The notes beneath the pieces are model-generated. The model did not search any database and was not told the DNA's origin. It saw nothing but the letters and a program-made list of their open reading frames with translations. Positions 54,995-64,000 of a stretch of 64,000 nucleotides of DNA are shown piece after piece. A program made the translations under genes and the position numbers. Source of the DNA: an uncultured Pelagibacteraceae bacterium (GTDB lineage Bacteria > Pseudomonadota > Alphaproteobacteria > Pelagibacterales > Pelagibacteraceae); the NCBI GenBank assembly GCA_902599805.1, contig CACKGP010000002.1, positions 15,570-79,569 on the forward strand, written 5' to 3'. The first letter of the stretch is position 1, and each line of letters starts with the position of its first letter.

Positions 54995-56083
54995 ATGGAA
55001 AAAACAGCTTTATATAATTTTCATAAAAACTTAGGAGCAAAGTTTGTTGCTTTTGCTGGATATGAAATGCCAATTCAATACAAAGACGGTATTGTTAAGG
55101 AACATATAAGTACACGACAGACTGCAGGCTTTTTTGACGTCTCACATATGGGGCAGCTTTTTATTTCAGGAAGCAAATCATTAGAGCAAAATTTAGAAAA
55201 AATCATTCCCTTAGATTTCAAAGAAATTAAAATAAATCAATCTAAATATTCTTTTTTGATAAATGATAAGGGCGGAGTAATTGATGACCTAATTATCACT
55301 AGAGTTGAGGGAGGTTTTAATATTATATTGAATGCTGCATGTAAGGATAATGACATTAAAGAAATTGCAAAATGCTTAGACTCAGATAGTAAATATGAAC
55401 TAAAAAAAGATCTCTCTCTTTTAGCTTTACAAGGTCCAAAGTCAGAAACTATTCTAGAAGCTATAATCCCAGGTACAAAACAACTTAAGTTCATGAACGG
55501 AGATTACTTTAAATTTCAAGGAAAAAAAATTTACGTTACAAGATCAGGTTATACAGGCGAAGATGGTTTTGAAATTTCTTTATCAAACACAAATGCGGAA
55601 AATTTTACAAAACTTCTGTCTAGTAAAGGAGCTAAACCAATAGGTCTTGGCGCGAGAGATACACTTAGATTAGAAGCAGGTTTGTGTCTATATGGTCATG
55701 AACTAAACCAAGATATTAGCCCTATTCAGGCAAATTTAAAATGGGCGATTTCAAAAAGAAGAAGAGAAGAGGGTGGTTTTAAAGGTTGGGAAAATATACA
55801 AAACGATTTAAAAAATGGTGTTTCAAAAATAAGAGTTGGTATTAAACCATCTGGAAAAATTATAGCAAGAGAAGGTACTAAAATATTCTCATCCTCTGGT
55901 GATGAGATTGGTGTTGTAACTAGTGGAACATTTGGCCCAAGTGTTAATGCACCTGTTGCCATGGGTTATATTCAAAGTAAATTTTCTGAGATTGATAATA
56001 AAATTTTGTTAGAGGTAAGAGGAAAAAAATATGATGCGGTGGTTTCTAAGTTACCATTTTATAAAAAAAGCTATGTTAAATAG
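54995..56083 (+). CDS. gcvT: Glycine cleavage system T protein (aminomethyltransferase)
   Basis: 362 aa with GFFDVSHMGQ, TRSGYTGEDGFEIS and ARDTLRLEAG. Confidence 0.96.
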   Translation: MEKTALYNFHKNLGAKFVAFAGYEMPIQYKDGIVKEHISTRQTAGFFDVSHMGQLFISGSKSLEQNLEKIIPLDFKEIKINQSKYSFLINDKGGVIDDLIITRVEGGFNIILNAACKDNDIKEIAKCLDSDSKYELKKDLSLLALQGPKSETILEAIIPGTKQLKFMNGDYFKFQGKKIYVTRSGYTGEDGFEISLSNTNAENFTKLLSSKGAKPIGLGARDTLRLEAGLCLYGHELNQDISPIQANLKWAISKRRREEGGFKGWENIQNDLKNGVSKIRVGIKPSGKIIAREGTKIFSSSGDEIGVVTSGTFGPSVNAPVAMGYIQSKFSEIDNKILLEVRGKKYDAVVSKLPFYKKSYVK

Positions 56084-56092
56084 GAGGAAAAA

Positions 56093-56473
56093 ATGAGTGA
56101 AAAAAAATTTTCGAAAAAACATGAGTGGGTTTCACTTGATGGCGATACCGCAACTGTGGGTATTACAAAACATGCTACTGAAATGTTAGGGGACATTGTT
56201 TTTGTTGAAGTACCTGAACCAGGTAAATCAGTTGAGAAAGATAGTCAAGCTGCTGTTGTTGAGTCCACTAAAGCAGCTAGTGATGTTTATTCTCCAATTT
56301 CAGGAGAAATTTTAGAGGGAAATAAATCAATAGTAGATGACCCAGGGAATGTAAACTCTGATCCTGAAGGAGCAAGTTGGTTTTTTAAAATAAAAGTTAA
56401 AGATAAATCTGAATTTGACACATTAATGAACAAAGCAGATTATGATAAATTTTGCGCGGAGAACCCTAGCTAA
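56093..56473 (+). CDS. gcvH: Glycine cleavage system H protein
   Basis: 126 aa with the lipoyl-lysine motif [17 protein letters not shown]. Confidence 0.96.
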   Translation: MSEKKFSKKHEWVSLDGDTATVGITKHATEMLGDIVFVEVPEPGKSVEKDSQAAVVESTKAASDVYSPISGEILEGNKSIVDDPGNVNSDPEGASWFFKIKVKDKSEFDTLMNKADYDKFCAENPS

Positions 56474-59340
56474 TGATTGACGATAATTCAAAAGAATTTA
56501 TTAAAAGACATATTGGTCCTTCAGAAGAAGACCAATCTAAAATGCTGCAATACATCGGATATAAGTCGCTTGAAGATCTGATGGAAAATACTGTGCCGGA
56601 AAAGATCTTATTGAAAGATGAACTAAAAATTGACCAGCCAATGTCGGAAAATGATGCTTTAAAAAAATTAAAATCTATATCCAAAAAAAATAAAATTTTT
56701 AGAAATTTTATAGGAATGGGATATTATAACTCAATTACACCTAACGTAATTTTAAGAAACATTTTAGAAAATCCTGGATGGTACACTTCTTATACACCTT
56801 ATCAGCCTGAAGTAGCGCAAGGAAGACTTGAAATGCTTTTAAATTTTCAACAATCAATAATTGACTTAACAGGTATGGATATTGCTAATGCCTCTTTATT
56901 AGATGAGGCAACAGCAACAGCAGAAGCAGTAGGTTTAAGCCAAAGATTAGATAAGACTAACTCGAAAAAAATATTTATTTCAAATAATTGTAATCCTCAG
57001 ACTATTGATCTTATAAAGACAAGAACAAACCCTTTCGGTTTAGAATTGATCATAGGTGACGAAAAAAAAGAACTTACAAAAATTAATGACGATATTATTT
57101 GCGGAGTGCTGTCTTATCCAGGAACTTTAGGTGAAATAAACGATCCTAGTGAAAGCATTAGCCTAATACACAAAAAAAATGGAAAAGCTATATTGGTTTG
57201 TGATTTATTAGCGCTAGCCAGATTAAAAACCCCAGCAGAACTAGGTGCTGACATTGCTGTTGGTAGTGCTCAAAGATTTGGTATCCCAATGGGATATGGT
57301 GGCCCACATGCAGCATTTTTTGCAACCAAGGAAGAATTTAAAAGATCAATGCCAGGGAGAATTATAGGTGTATCAAAAGATAGACACGGAAAAAAAGCTT
57401 ACAGACTCTCTCTACAAACTAGGGAGCAGCATATTAGAAGAGATAAAGCCACAAGTAACATTTGTACCGCTCAAGCTTTATTAGCTATCATTTCCGCTGC
57501 TTTTGCAATTTATCATGGACCAGAAGGAATACTTAAAATAGCTAACAGAACTTCTAAATTAGCTAAAATTTTCGCTGATAATATTAAATCTGGTGGTTAC
57601 AAAATTATATCAGATTATTTTTTTGATACCGTTACTATTAAAACCAATGAAAAAACAAATTCTATTTATGAGGCTGCATTAAAAGAAAATATTAACTTAA
57701 GAAAAGTTGATAAAGAGCATTTATCAGTTGCTTTTGATGAAGCAAAAAAACTTGATGATGTAAATATATTATTAAAATTATTTGGAATTTCTAAGACAAT
57801 TAAGCAAGATGTAAAGGTTGAATTAGACAATCTTCCAAAAAATCTTTTAAGAACTTCAAAATATTTAACTCATCCAGTTTTTAACAAATATCATTCTGAA
57901 ACTGAAATGCTTAGATATTTAAAGAAACTTGAAGACTGTGATATTGCACTAAACAGGTCAATGATTGCTTTAGGATCTTGTACCATGAAGCTCAATGCAA
58001 CAGCTGAATTAATTCCTATTACATGGAAGGAGTTTTCACTTCCGCATCCTTTTGTTCCTACAAATCAGATGGAAGGTTATAAGATTCTTTTTAAGGATTT
58101 AATAAATGATTTAAAAGAAATTACTGGATATGACGCAGTCTCTTTACAACCTAACTCTGGCGCACAAGGAGAGTATGCAGGTCTAATGACTATAAGAAAA
58201 TTCCATAAGAATAATAAACAAGAAAATCGTAACGTTTGTCTAATCCCAGACTCAGCTCATGGAACTAATCCAGCTAGTGCTCAAATGTGTGGAATGAAAG
58301 TGGTTGTAGTCAATTGTGACGATGATGGAAACGTCGATATAAACGATCTTAAAAATAAAGCTGAAAAACACTCAAAAGATTTAGCTGCATTAATGGTTAC
58401 ATATCCTTCTACTCACGGAGTATTTGAGGAAAAAATCATGGAAATTTGTGATGTTATTCATAAGCACGGTGGACAAGTTTACATGGATGGAGCTAATCTA
58501 AATGCACTTGTGGGTATAGCAAAACCAGGGAAATTCGGACCTGATGTTTGTCATATTAATTTACATAAAACATTCTGCATACCTCACGGTGGTGGCGGAC
58601 CTGGAATGGGACCAATAGCTTGCTCTAAGCATTTAGCTGATTTTTTACCGACACATGGAATTATTAAAGAAGCTGGTCCTAAGAATGGAATGGGAGCTGT
58701 TTCAGCCGCGCCTTGGGGTAGTTCAAGTATACTTCCAATATCTTGGATGTACATAAAGATGATGGGTGCAGAAGGGTTGAAAAAAGCTTCACAAGTTTCA
58801 ATATTGAATGCAAATTACATTTCAAAAAAATTATCTAAAGATTATAAAGTTCTTTATACTGGCAAAAATGGTAATGTCGCGCACGAATGCATAATTGATA
58901 TTAGACCAATTAAAGCAAGCTCAGGAATATCTGAAGAGGATCTAGCAAAGAGATTAATTGATTTTGGTTACCACGCACCAACTATGTCATGGCCAGTTGC
59001 CGGTACAATAATGATTGAGCCGACGGAGAGTGAAAATTTAGAGGAAATAGATAAATTTTGTAATGCATTTATTAAAATTAAAAAAGAAATAAATTTAGTT
59101 GAGTCGGCTAAATTTGATAAAATAGATAATCCACTTAAAAATGCTCCTCATACTTATATTGAATTAGCTTCAACCGAGTGGAAACATGCTTATTCAAGAG
59201 AAGAAGCAGCTTTTCCAACTGAATACGTAAAAAATAATAAATATTGGGCCCCAGTAGCAAGAGTGGACAATGTATTTGGAGATCGTAATCTTGTATGTTC
59301 ATGTCCTACTATGGATGAATATAAAGATGAAGCTGCATAA
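56473..59340 (+). CDS. gcvP: Glycine dehydrogenase (decarboxylating), single-chain P protein
   Basis: 955 aa with YTPYQPEVAQGRLE, NLHKTFCIPHGGGGPG (PLP lysine) and REQHIRRDKATSNICTAQ. Confidence 0.97.
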   Translation: MIDDNSKEFIKRHIGPSEEDQSKMLQYIGYKSLEDLMENTVPEKILLKDELKIDQPMSENDALKKLKSISKKNKIFRNFIGMGYYNSITPNVILRNILENPGWYTSYTPYQPEVAQGRLEMLLNFQQSIIDLTGMDIANASLLDEATATAEAVGLSQRLDKTNSKKIFISNNCNPQTIDLIKTRTNPFGLELIIGDEKKELTKINDDIICGVLSYPGTLGEINDPSESISLIHKKNGKAILVCDLLALARLKTPAELGADIAVGSAQRFGIPMGYGGPHAAFFATKEEFKRSMPGRIIGVSKDRHGKKAYRLSLQTREQHIRRDKATSNICTAQALLAIISAAFAIYHGPEGILKIANRTSKLAKIFADNIKSGGYKIISDYFFDTVTIKTNEKTNSIYEAALKENINLRKVDKEHLSVAFDEAKKLDDVNILLKLFGISKTIKQDVKVELDNLPKNLLRTSKYLTHPVFNKYHSETEMLRYLKKLEDCDIALNRSMIALGSCTMKLNATAELIPITWKEFSLPHPFVPTNQMEGYKILFKDLINDLKEITGYDAVSLQPNSGAQGEYAGLMTIRKFHKNNKQENRNVCLIPDSAHGTNPASAQMCGMKVVVVNCDDDGNVDINDLKNKAEKHSKDLAALMVTYPSTHGVFEEKIMEICDVIHKHGGQVYMDGANLNALVGIAKPGKFGPDVCHINLHKTFCIPHGGGGPGMGPIACSKHLADFLPTHGIIKEAGPKNGMGAVSAAPWGSSSILPISWMYIKMMGAEGLKKASQVSILNANYISKKLSKDYKVLYTGKNGNVAHECIIDIRPIKASSGISEEDLAKRLIDFGYHAPTMSWPVAGTIMIEPTESENLEEIDKFCNAFIKIKKEINLVESAKFDKIDNPLKNAPHTYIELASTEWKHAYSREEAAFPTEYVKNNKYWAPVARVDNVFGDRNLVCSCPTMDEYKDEAA

Positions 59341-59349
59341 TTATAAATA

Positions 59350-60636
59350 ATGAAAATTGCAGTTATTGGATCTGGAATTTCAGGATTATCATCTGCTTAC
59401 TATTTGTCAAAAAAGTATGAAGTTGATCTTTTTGAAAAAGATGATCATTTCGGCGGACATTCTTATACTTTCGATATAAATGAGACAAATAGAAAAATAC
59501 CAGTGGACCTTGGTTTTATTGTTTTTAACAAAATTACTTATCCAAATTTAATAAATTTTTTTGAAGAATTAAAAGTAGCCTATGAGAAAAGCGATATGTC
59601 TTTTTCAGTTTCCGTAAAGGACTCGAATATAGAATACGGAGGAACCGGATTTAATTCATTATTTGCAAGAAAAAATAATCTTTTTAACTTTAATTTTATA
59701 AAAATGATTTATGAAATCATATCATTTTATAAAACAGCACCAGTTTTATTAAAAAAAGATTTAAAAAATATTACATTGGGAAATTATTTAGATAATTCAA
59801 AAATTTCAAAATACTTCATTAATTATCATATAATACCAATGGTAGCTGCAATTTGGTCTATGCCATTTTCTAAGGCTAGAGATATACCATTTGAATTATT
59901 TTTAAATTTTTTTAATAACCATGGTCTTTTTAAATTAAAAAATAGACCTCAGTGGTACACGGTTACAAACAGAAGTAGAAATTATGTTTCTAAAGTTTTA
60001 GAAAAAATTAATGGAGAATATTTTAAAAATTATGAAATAAAAAAAATTATAAGAAGTGATGATAATGTTAGAATTTTCATTAACACATTGGGTGAATATA
60101 GAGATTACGACCATGTAGTATTGTCATGTCATGCTGATCAAAGTTTAAAACTTATTGACCATCCTTCAAATGATGAAAAAGAAATTCTAAATGGTTTTTC
60201 ATACATATCTAATGAAGCATATTTACATACAGATGTAGATTTGATGCCCAATAAAAAAAATGCCTGGTCGAGTTGGAATTCTATATCAAATAAAGATTTA
60301 ACAAAAACATGTGTCACATATTGGCTAAATAAACTTCAAAATCTTGATACAAAAAACAATTATTTTCTTACTTTAAATCCAATTGCTAAAATTAAAGACA
60401 ATAAAGTCATTAAAAAAATAAATTTCACTCATCCATATTTAAACAATAAAAGTTTTGAGATGCAAAACCGATTAAAAGACCTGCAAGGTAAAAAAAGGGT
60501 TTGGTTTTCAGGAAGTTATTTTGGTTACGGTTTTCATGAGGATGGATTAAAATCCTCTCTGGAAATGCTTAAACAATTCGAGGGGAATGATGGAGACTTG
60601 TATATACAAAGGTATAGTAACGCATCGAAGATTTAA
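59350..60636 (+). CDS. FAD-dependent oxidoreductase (COG2907, amine-oxidase/phytoene-desaturase-like)
   Basis: 428 aa with MKIAVIGSGISGLSSAYYL and EKDDHFGGHS. Starts 9 nt after the gcvP stop. Confidence 0.85.
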   Translation: MKIAVIGSGISGLSSAYYLSKKYEVDLFEKDDHFGGHSYTFDINETNRKIPVDLGFIVFNKITYPNLINFFEELKVAYEKSDMSFSVSVKDSNIEYGGTGFNSLFARKNNLFNFNFIKMIYEIISFYKTAPVLLKKDLKNITLGNYLDNSKISKYFINYHIIPMVAAIWSMPFSKARDIPFELFLNFFNNHGLFKLKNRPQWYTVTNRSRNYVSKVLEKINGEYFKNYEIKKIIRSDDNVRIFINTLGEYRDYDHVVLSCHADQSLKLIDHPSNDEKEILNGFSYISNEAYLHTDVDLMPNKKNAWSSWNSISNKDLTKTCVTYWLNKLQNLDTKNNYFLTLNPIAKIKDNKVIKKINFTHPYLNNKSFEMQNRLKDLQGKKRVWFSGSYFGYGFHEDGLKSSLEMLKQFEGNDGDLYIQRYSNASKI

Positions 60637-61351
60637 ACCGAAAAGACATTTTTTTTCATATAAAACCTTTTCGATTTTCTTCGATTTAGATGAACTTAAA
60701 GATCTACAAAATAAAATTTCAATTTTTTCATTTAATAAATTTAATATATTTAGTTTTTATAACAAAGATCATGGTGACAGAGATGGTGGAAACCTTAGGA
60801 ACTGGGTTACAAAAAATTTAAAAAAATATAATATAAATTTTAAAGTTTCAAAGATTAAACTCTTATGTTTTCCAAGAATTTTTGGTTACGTTTTTAATCC
60901 TTTGAGTATTTTTTATTGTTATAACGAAAATAATGAATTAAGAGCAATACTTTATGAAGTAAAGAATACCTTCAATGAGCAACATACCTATATTTTTCCA
61001 GTTCAAAAAAATGAAAAAATAATTACACAAACTTGCAATAAAAAATTTTATGTATCACCATTCATGAAGATGGAAACTGCTTATAATTTTAGATTAGCCG
61101 AACCAAAGGAAACTTTAAGTATATTTATTAAACAAACTGACGATAAAGGGATGCTACTTTCAGCATGTCAGATCGGAAAAAAAGAACAAATATCCACAAA
61201 AAAATTAGTTCAAAATTTTTTTAAACACCCAATGATGACAATAAAAATTATAATGGCGATACATTTTGAAGCATTAAGGTTGTGGAAGAAAGGCGTTAAA
61301 CTTGTTAAGAAAAATTCGAAAATTAAAAATAATTTATCTGTAGAAAAATGA
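60587..61351 (+). CDS. DUF1365-family protein
   Basis: 254 aa. The N-terminal IYKGIVTHRRFKPKRHFFSYKTFSIFFDLDEL is the DUF1365 signature. Overlaps the upstream gene by 50 nt, or 47 nt if the second ATG is used. Confidence 0.85.
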   Translation: MMETCIYKGIVTHRRFKPKRHFFSYKTFSIFFDLDELKDLQNKISIFSFNKFNIFSFYNKDHGDRDGGNLRNWVTKNLKKYNINFKVSKIKLLCFPRIFGYVFNPLSIFYCYNENNELRAILYEVKNTFNEQHTYIFPVQKNEKIITQTCNKKFYVSPFMKMETAYNFRLAEPKETLSIFIKQTDDKGMLLSACQIGKKEQISTKKLVQNFFKHPMMTIKIIMAIHFEALRLWKKGVKLVKKNSKIKNNLSVEK

Positions 61352-62535
61352 ATTTTAGTCCTTATAAAATCTCTGAAAATTTCGTTCTAAAGAAATTGAA
61401 CCATATTAACGATGGAAAGCTTACATTAGAAAACTACGATGGAAAAATACACCAATTTGGAAATCAAGAAAGTTTTTTATCAGCAGAGATTAAAATTCAC
61501 AATCCAAAGTTTTATTTTAATATTATTAGGGGAGGTAGTAGTGCTTTAGGAGAAGGTTATATTAAAAACGAATTTGAAACTTCAAATTTACCTTCTTTAA
61601 TTGAGTTAACTGCAAAAAATATAAATATAACGCATGAATTTTCAGGAATATTAAATATTTCTGGAATAAACAGTATTTTCAAAAAACTATTTATGTCAAA
61701 CACAAAGAAAAAAAGTGTTGAAGATATTTCAAAACATTATGACTTAGGCAATGAATTTTTCTCTACCTGGCTAGATAAAACATTGACTTATTCTTGTGGT
61801 ATTTTTGATAAACCCGGTGAAGAATTAGAAAAAGCTCAAATTAATAAATACAATAAACTTATAAATTTAATACAGCCAAAACCAGGAGATAAAATTTTAG
61901 AAATAGGATGTGGATGGGGCGGTTTTGCTGAACATCTTGCAAAAAATTATGATGTTCAACTTGATTGTATCACGATCTCACAAAAACAATTTGAGTTTAC
62001 AAAAAAAAGAATAAACCTTTTAGGTTTACAAAATAAAGTTAAAGTAAAATTTTTAGATTATAGAGATTTGAAAGATAAGTATGATGCAATAGCCTCTATA
62101 GAAATGATCGAAGCAGTTGGAGAGAAGAATTTAAATAGATATTTTGAAACAATTAAGAATAATCTTAAACCGAATGGGGTTGGGGCTATCCAAGCTATTA
62201 TTATTAAAGATGAACTTTTTGATAGATACAAAAAAAATCAGGATTTTATACAAAAATATATTTTTCCAGGAGGTTTTTTACCCTCCTTACAATCAATAAA
62301 AGATTACACAAAGAAAACTGGGCTAACTTTGAGAGGATATAATTCTTACGGCATACATTACTCACATACGTTGAGAAAATGGAGAGAGAACTTTATAGGT
62401 TCTTGGAATAATATTTCACAACAAGGTTTTGATAATTCATTTAAAAAAATCTGGGATTTTTATTTTTCTTATTGTGAAGCTGGTTTTAGGGCTAAAAATA
62501 TTGATTTAATACAATTTTCATTTAGGAATGAATAA
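61348..62535 (+). CDS. Cyclopropane-fatty-acyl-phospholipid synthase-family SAM methyltransferase
   Basis: 395 aa with HYDLGNEFF, the SAM motif ILEIGCGWGG, and FPGGFLPS. ATGA overlap with the DUF1365 gene. Confidence 0.9.
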   Translation: MNFSPYKISENFVLKKLNHINDGKLTLENYDGKIHQFGNQESFLSAEIKIHNPKFYFNIIRGGSSALGEGYIKNEFETSNLPSLIELTAKNINITHEFSGILNISGINSIFKKLFMSNTKKKSVEDISKHYDLGNEFFSTWLDKTLTYSCGIFDKPGEELEKAQINKYNKLINLIQPKPGDKILEIGCGWGGFAEHLAKNYDVQLDCITISQKQFEFTKKRINLLGLQNKVKVKFLDYRDLKDKYDAIASIEMIEAVGEKNLNRYFETIKNNLKPNGVGAIQAIIIKDELFDRYKKNQDFIQKYIFPGGFLPSLQSIKDYTKKTGLTLRGYNSYGIHYSHTLRKWRENFIGSWNNISQQGFDNSFKKIWDFYFSYCEAGFRAKNIDLIQFSFRNE

Positions 62536-62538
62536 AAA

Positions 62539-63063
62539 ATGAGATATATTTTAACTTTATTTTTAACATTATTTTTAACGAATTGCGTAGCAGGAATGAA
62601 ACCAGAAGACTTTAAAGATCAAAAACCAAGATTAATTATTGAAGAATTTCTAAATGGAAATGTCAAAGCTTATGGTGTGCTTCAAAATAGAGGTGGTAAA
62701 GTCACCAGACAATTTTCAGCGGATCTAGATGGTAAGTGGGATGGTAAACAATTAATTCTTGACGAAAAATTTAATTGGTCAGATGGAGAAGTTCAAACTA
62801 GACAATGGAAAATTATAAAAAAAGATGAACATAATTATGAGGGTACAGCTGCAGATGTTGTTGGAACGGCAAAAGGTTTTTCTTATGGATCAGCTTTTAA
62901 ATTAGAGTATGTTTTACTTGTTCCTGTCAAAGGAAAAGAAATCAAAATAACATTTGATGATTGGATATTTAAACAAAGTGATACCATTGCAATAAACCGA
63001 GCTAAAATGACAAAGTTTGGTTTTAGAGTAGCCGATTTGACTGTGGTTTTTGTTAAAAATTAA
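62539..63063 (+). CDS. DUF3833-like lipoprotein
   Basis: 174 aa with a lipobox-like LFLTNC. Lipocalin-like size and position typical of this cluster. Confidence 0.65.
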   Translation: MRYILTLFLTLFLTNCVAGMKPEDFKDQKPRLIIEEFLNGNVKAYGVLQNRGGKVTRQFSADLDGKWDGKQLILDEKFNWSDGEVQTRQWKIIKKDEHNYEGTAADVVGTAKGFSYGSAFKLEYVLLVPVKGKEIKITFDDWIFKQSDTIAINRAKMTKFGFRVADLTVVFVKN

Positions 63064-63064
63064 A

Positions 63065-63817
63065 TTAACGGTTAACAAATTTATTTATCAAAAAATTATA
63101 AACCCTATTTGGTAAAATCTGAAAGATTTTATAAATAAAGGCTATTTGAGGCGGGAATATAATTTCGAATGATTTTTTGTTAATTAAACCATCATATATC
63201 TTATCAGCAGCATATTTAGTGTCTTTTAAAAATGGCATCTTAAATTCGTTTTTATCTGTTAAAGCGGTCTTGATAAATCCTGGGGAAATCAATGTAACTC
63301 TCACATTAAACTTTTTAAAATCAAAATATATTCCTTGGGTAAAATTATTCAAAGAAGCTTTTGATGCAGTATAACCAGATGATTTTGGTAAACCTCTGTA
63401 ACCAACAGGTGATGAAACAATTGAAATATGACCACTTTTTTTATTAATAAAGTATTCTTGAACTGCTTTTACACAACTTACCACTCCTAGAAAGTTTACC
63501 TCCATTACTGTTTTCACATTATCTACACTTAACCCTTTTTCTGATTTTCTTTCGTAAGTACCTGAGCTAAATATACATAAATCTAAACTACCAAACTCTT
63601 TTATAATTTTATTAAAAGTTTCCTCTGTTTTATTCTGATCAGTTACATCCATTGGAAAAGCAAAAATATTTTGATCTTTTGCCATTTCATTTAAAAGTTC
63701 TTCTCTTCTAGCAGAAATTGCAACTTTCCAGTTTTCTTTGGCAAATTTTTCAGCAGTAGCTTTACCTATTCCACTACTAGCTCCTGTAATCCAAACTTTT
63801 TTCTGGTTTTCACTCAT
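63065..63817 (-). CDS. Short-chain dehydrogenase/reductase (SDR)
   Basis: 250 aa with TGASSGIGKA (cofactor motif) and YTASK (catalytic YxxxK). Confidence 0.9.
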   Translation of the reverse strand: MSENQKKVWITGASSGIGKATAEKFAKENWKVAISARREELLNEMAKDQNIFAFPMDVTDQNKTEETFNKIIKEFGSLDLCIFSSGTYERKSEKGLSVDNVKTVMEVNFLGVVSCVKAVQEYFINKKSGHISIVSSPVGYRGLPKSSGYTASKASLNNFTQGIYFDFKKFNVRVTLISPGFIKTALTDKNEFKMPFLKDTKYAADKIYDGLINKKSFEIIFPPQIAFIYKIFQILPNRVYNFLINKFVNR

Positions 63818-63838
63818 AATAAATTATATCTCATACTT

Positions 63839-64000
63839 ATGTTCAATAATAAATATCTATCTTTATTAATTATTGTTTTAATTACATTTTCAGCATCTGC
63901 AATAGGTGGAGTTGTTACATCAATTTATAAAGAACCGTGGTATTCTCAATTAATAAGACCATCATTCAGTCCTCCGGCGTCTGTTTTTGGTCCAGTTTGG
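63839..64000 (+). CDS. tspO: TspO/MBR-family tryptophan-rich sensory protein, 3'-truncated by the window edge
   Basis: Not in the ORF track. An ATG at 63839 opens a frame to the window end: MFNNKYLSLLIIVLITFSASAIGGVVTSIYKEPWYSQLIRPSFSPPASVFGPVW. WY..L.(K/R)PSF.PP...FGPVW is the TspO N-terminal signature. Confidence 0.8.
   Translation, partial: MFNNKYLSLLIIVLITFSASAIGGVVTSIYKEPWYSQLIRPSFSPPASVFGPVW

Noticed and set aside
1-64000. Mobile elements, prophage, CRISPR arrays, defence islands, rRNA
   Set aside because: No integrase, transposase, Cas, restriction or toxin-like translations appear in the ORF track. No direct-repeat arrays or inverted terminal repeats were noticed on reading the intergenic regions. 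The only mobility-related trace is the tRNA 3' fragment.

Overview
Visibly AT-rich (about 30% G+C by eye, not computed) and very gene-dense chromosomal segment: about 70 CDS in 64 kb, many 1-4 nt start/stop overlaps, and several convergent genes overlapping at their 3' ends. Gene content and riboswitch complement look like a SAR11-clade (Pelagibacterales) alphaproteobacterium; this is inferred from content, no search was run. All product names come from reading the supplied translations, not from database hits. The window is dominated by methylated-amine, glycine and one-carbon metabolism: a 5'-truncated dimethylglycine/sarcosine dehydrogenase with etfBA and ETF-ubiquinone oxidoreductase; heterotetrameric sarcosine oxidase soxBDAG; metY behind a structured leader; and gcvTHP behind a tandem glycine riboswitch. 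It also carries many small-molecule transporters (two LIV-type ABC systems, TctCBA, a TRAP system, two EamA and two LysE exporters, AzlCD), acnA-HAD-prpD, guaBA, pxpABC, and a lipid-modification cluster (FAD oxidoreductase, DUF1365, CFA-synthase-like, DUF3833, SDR, TspO). I saw no rRNA, intact tRNA, CRISPR, integrase, transposase or phage genes. Items most worth a second look: (1) a minimal divergent Anbu proteasome-homologue / circularly permuted ATP-grasp pair lacking its usual partners; (2) an orphan 45-nt 3' half of a tRNA-Met(CAU) whose anticodon loop supplies the stop codon of a DUF2237 gene fused onto the sox operon; (3) a secreted SHOCT-domain protein translationally coupled inside soxBDAG; (4) the metY leader, with a SAM-II/V-like pseudoknot, terminator/antiterminator logic and a second pseudoknot; (5) a 13-bp long-range helix forming the glycine riboswitch expression platform; (6) an IMP dehydrogenase with no CBS/Bateman domain; (7) a furan-fatty-acid-like cluster joined to gcvP.
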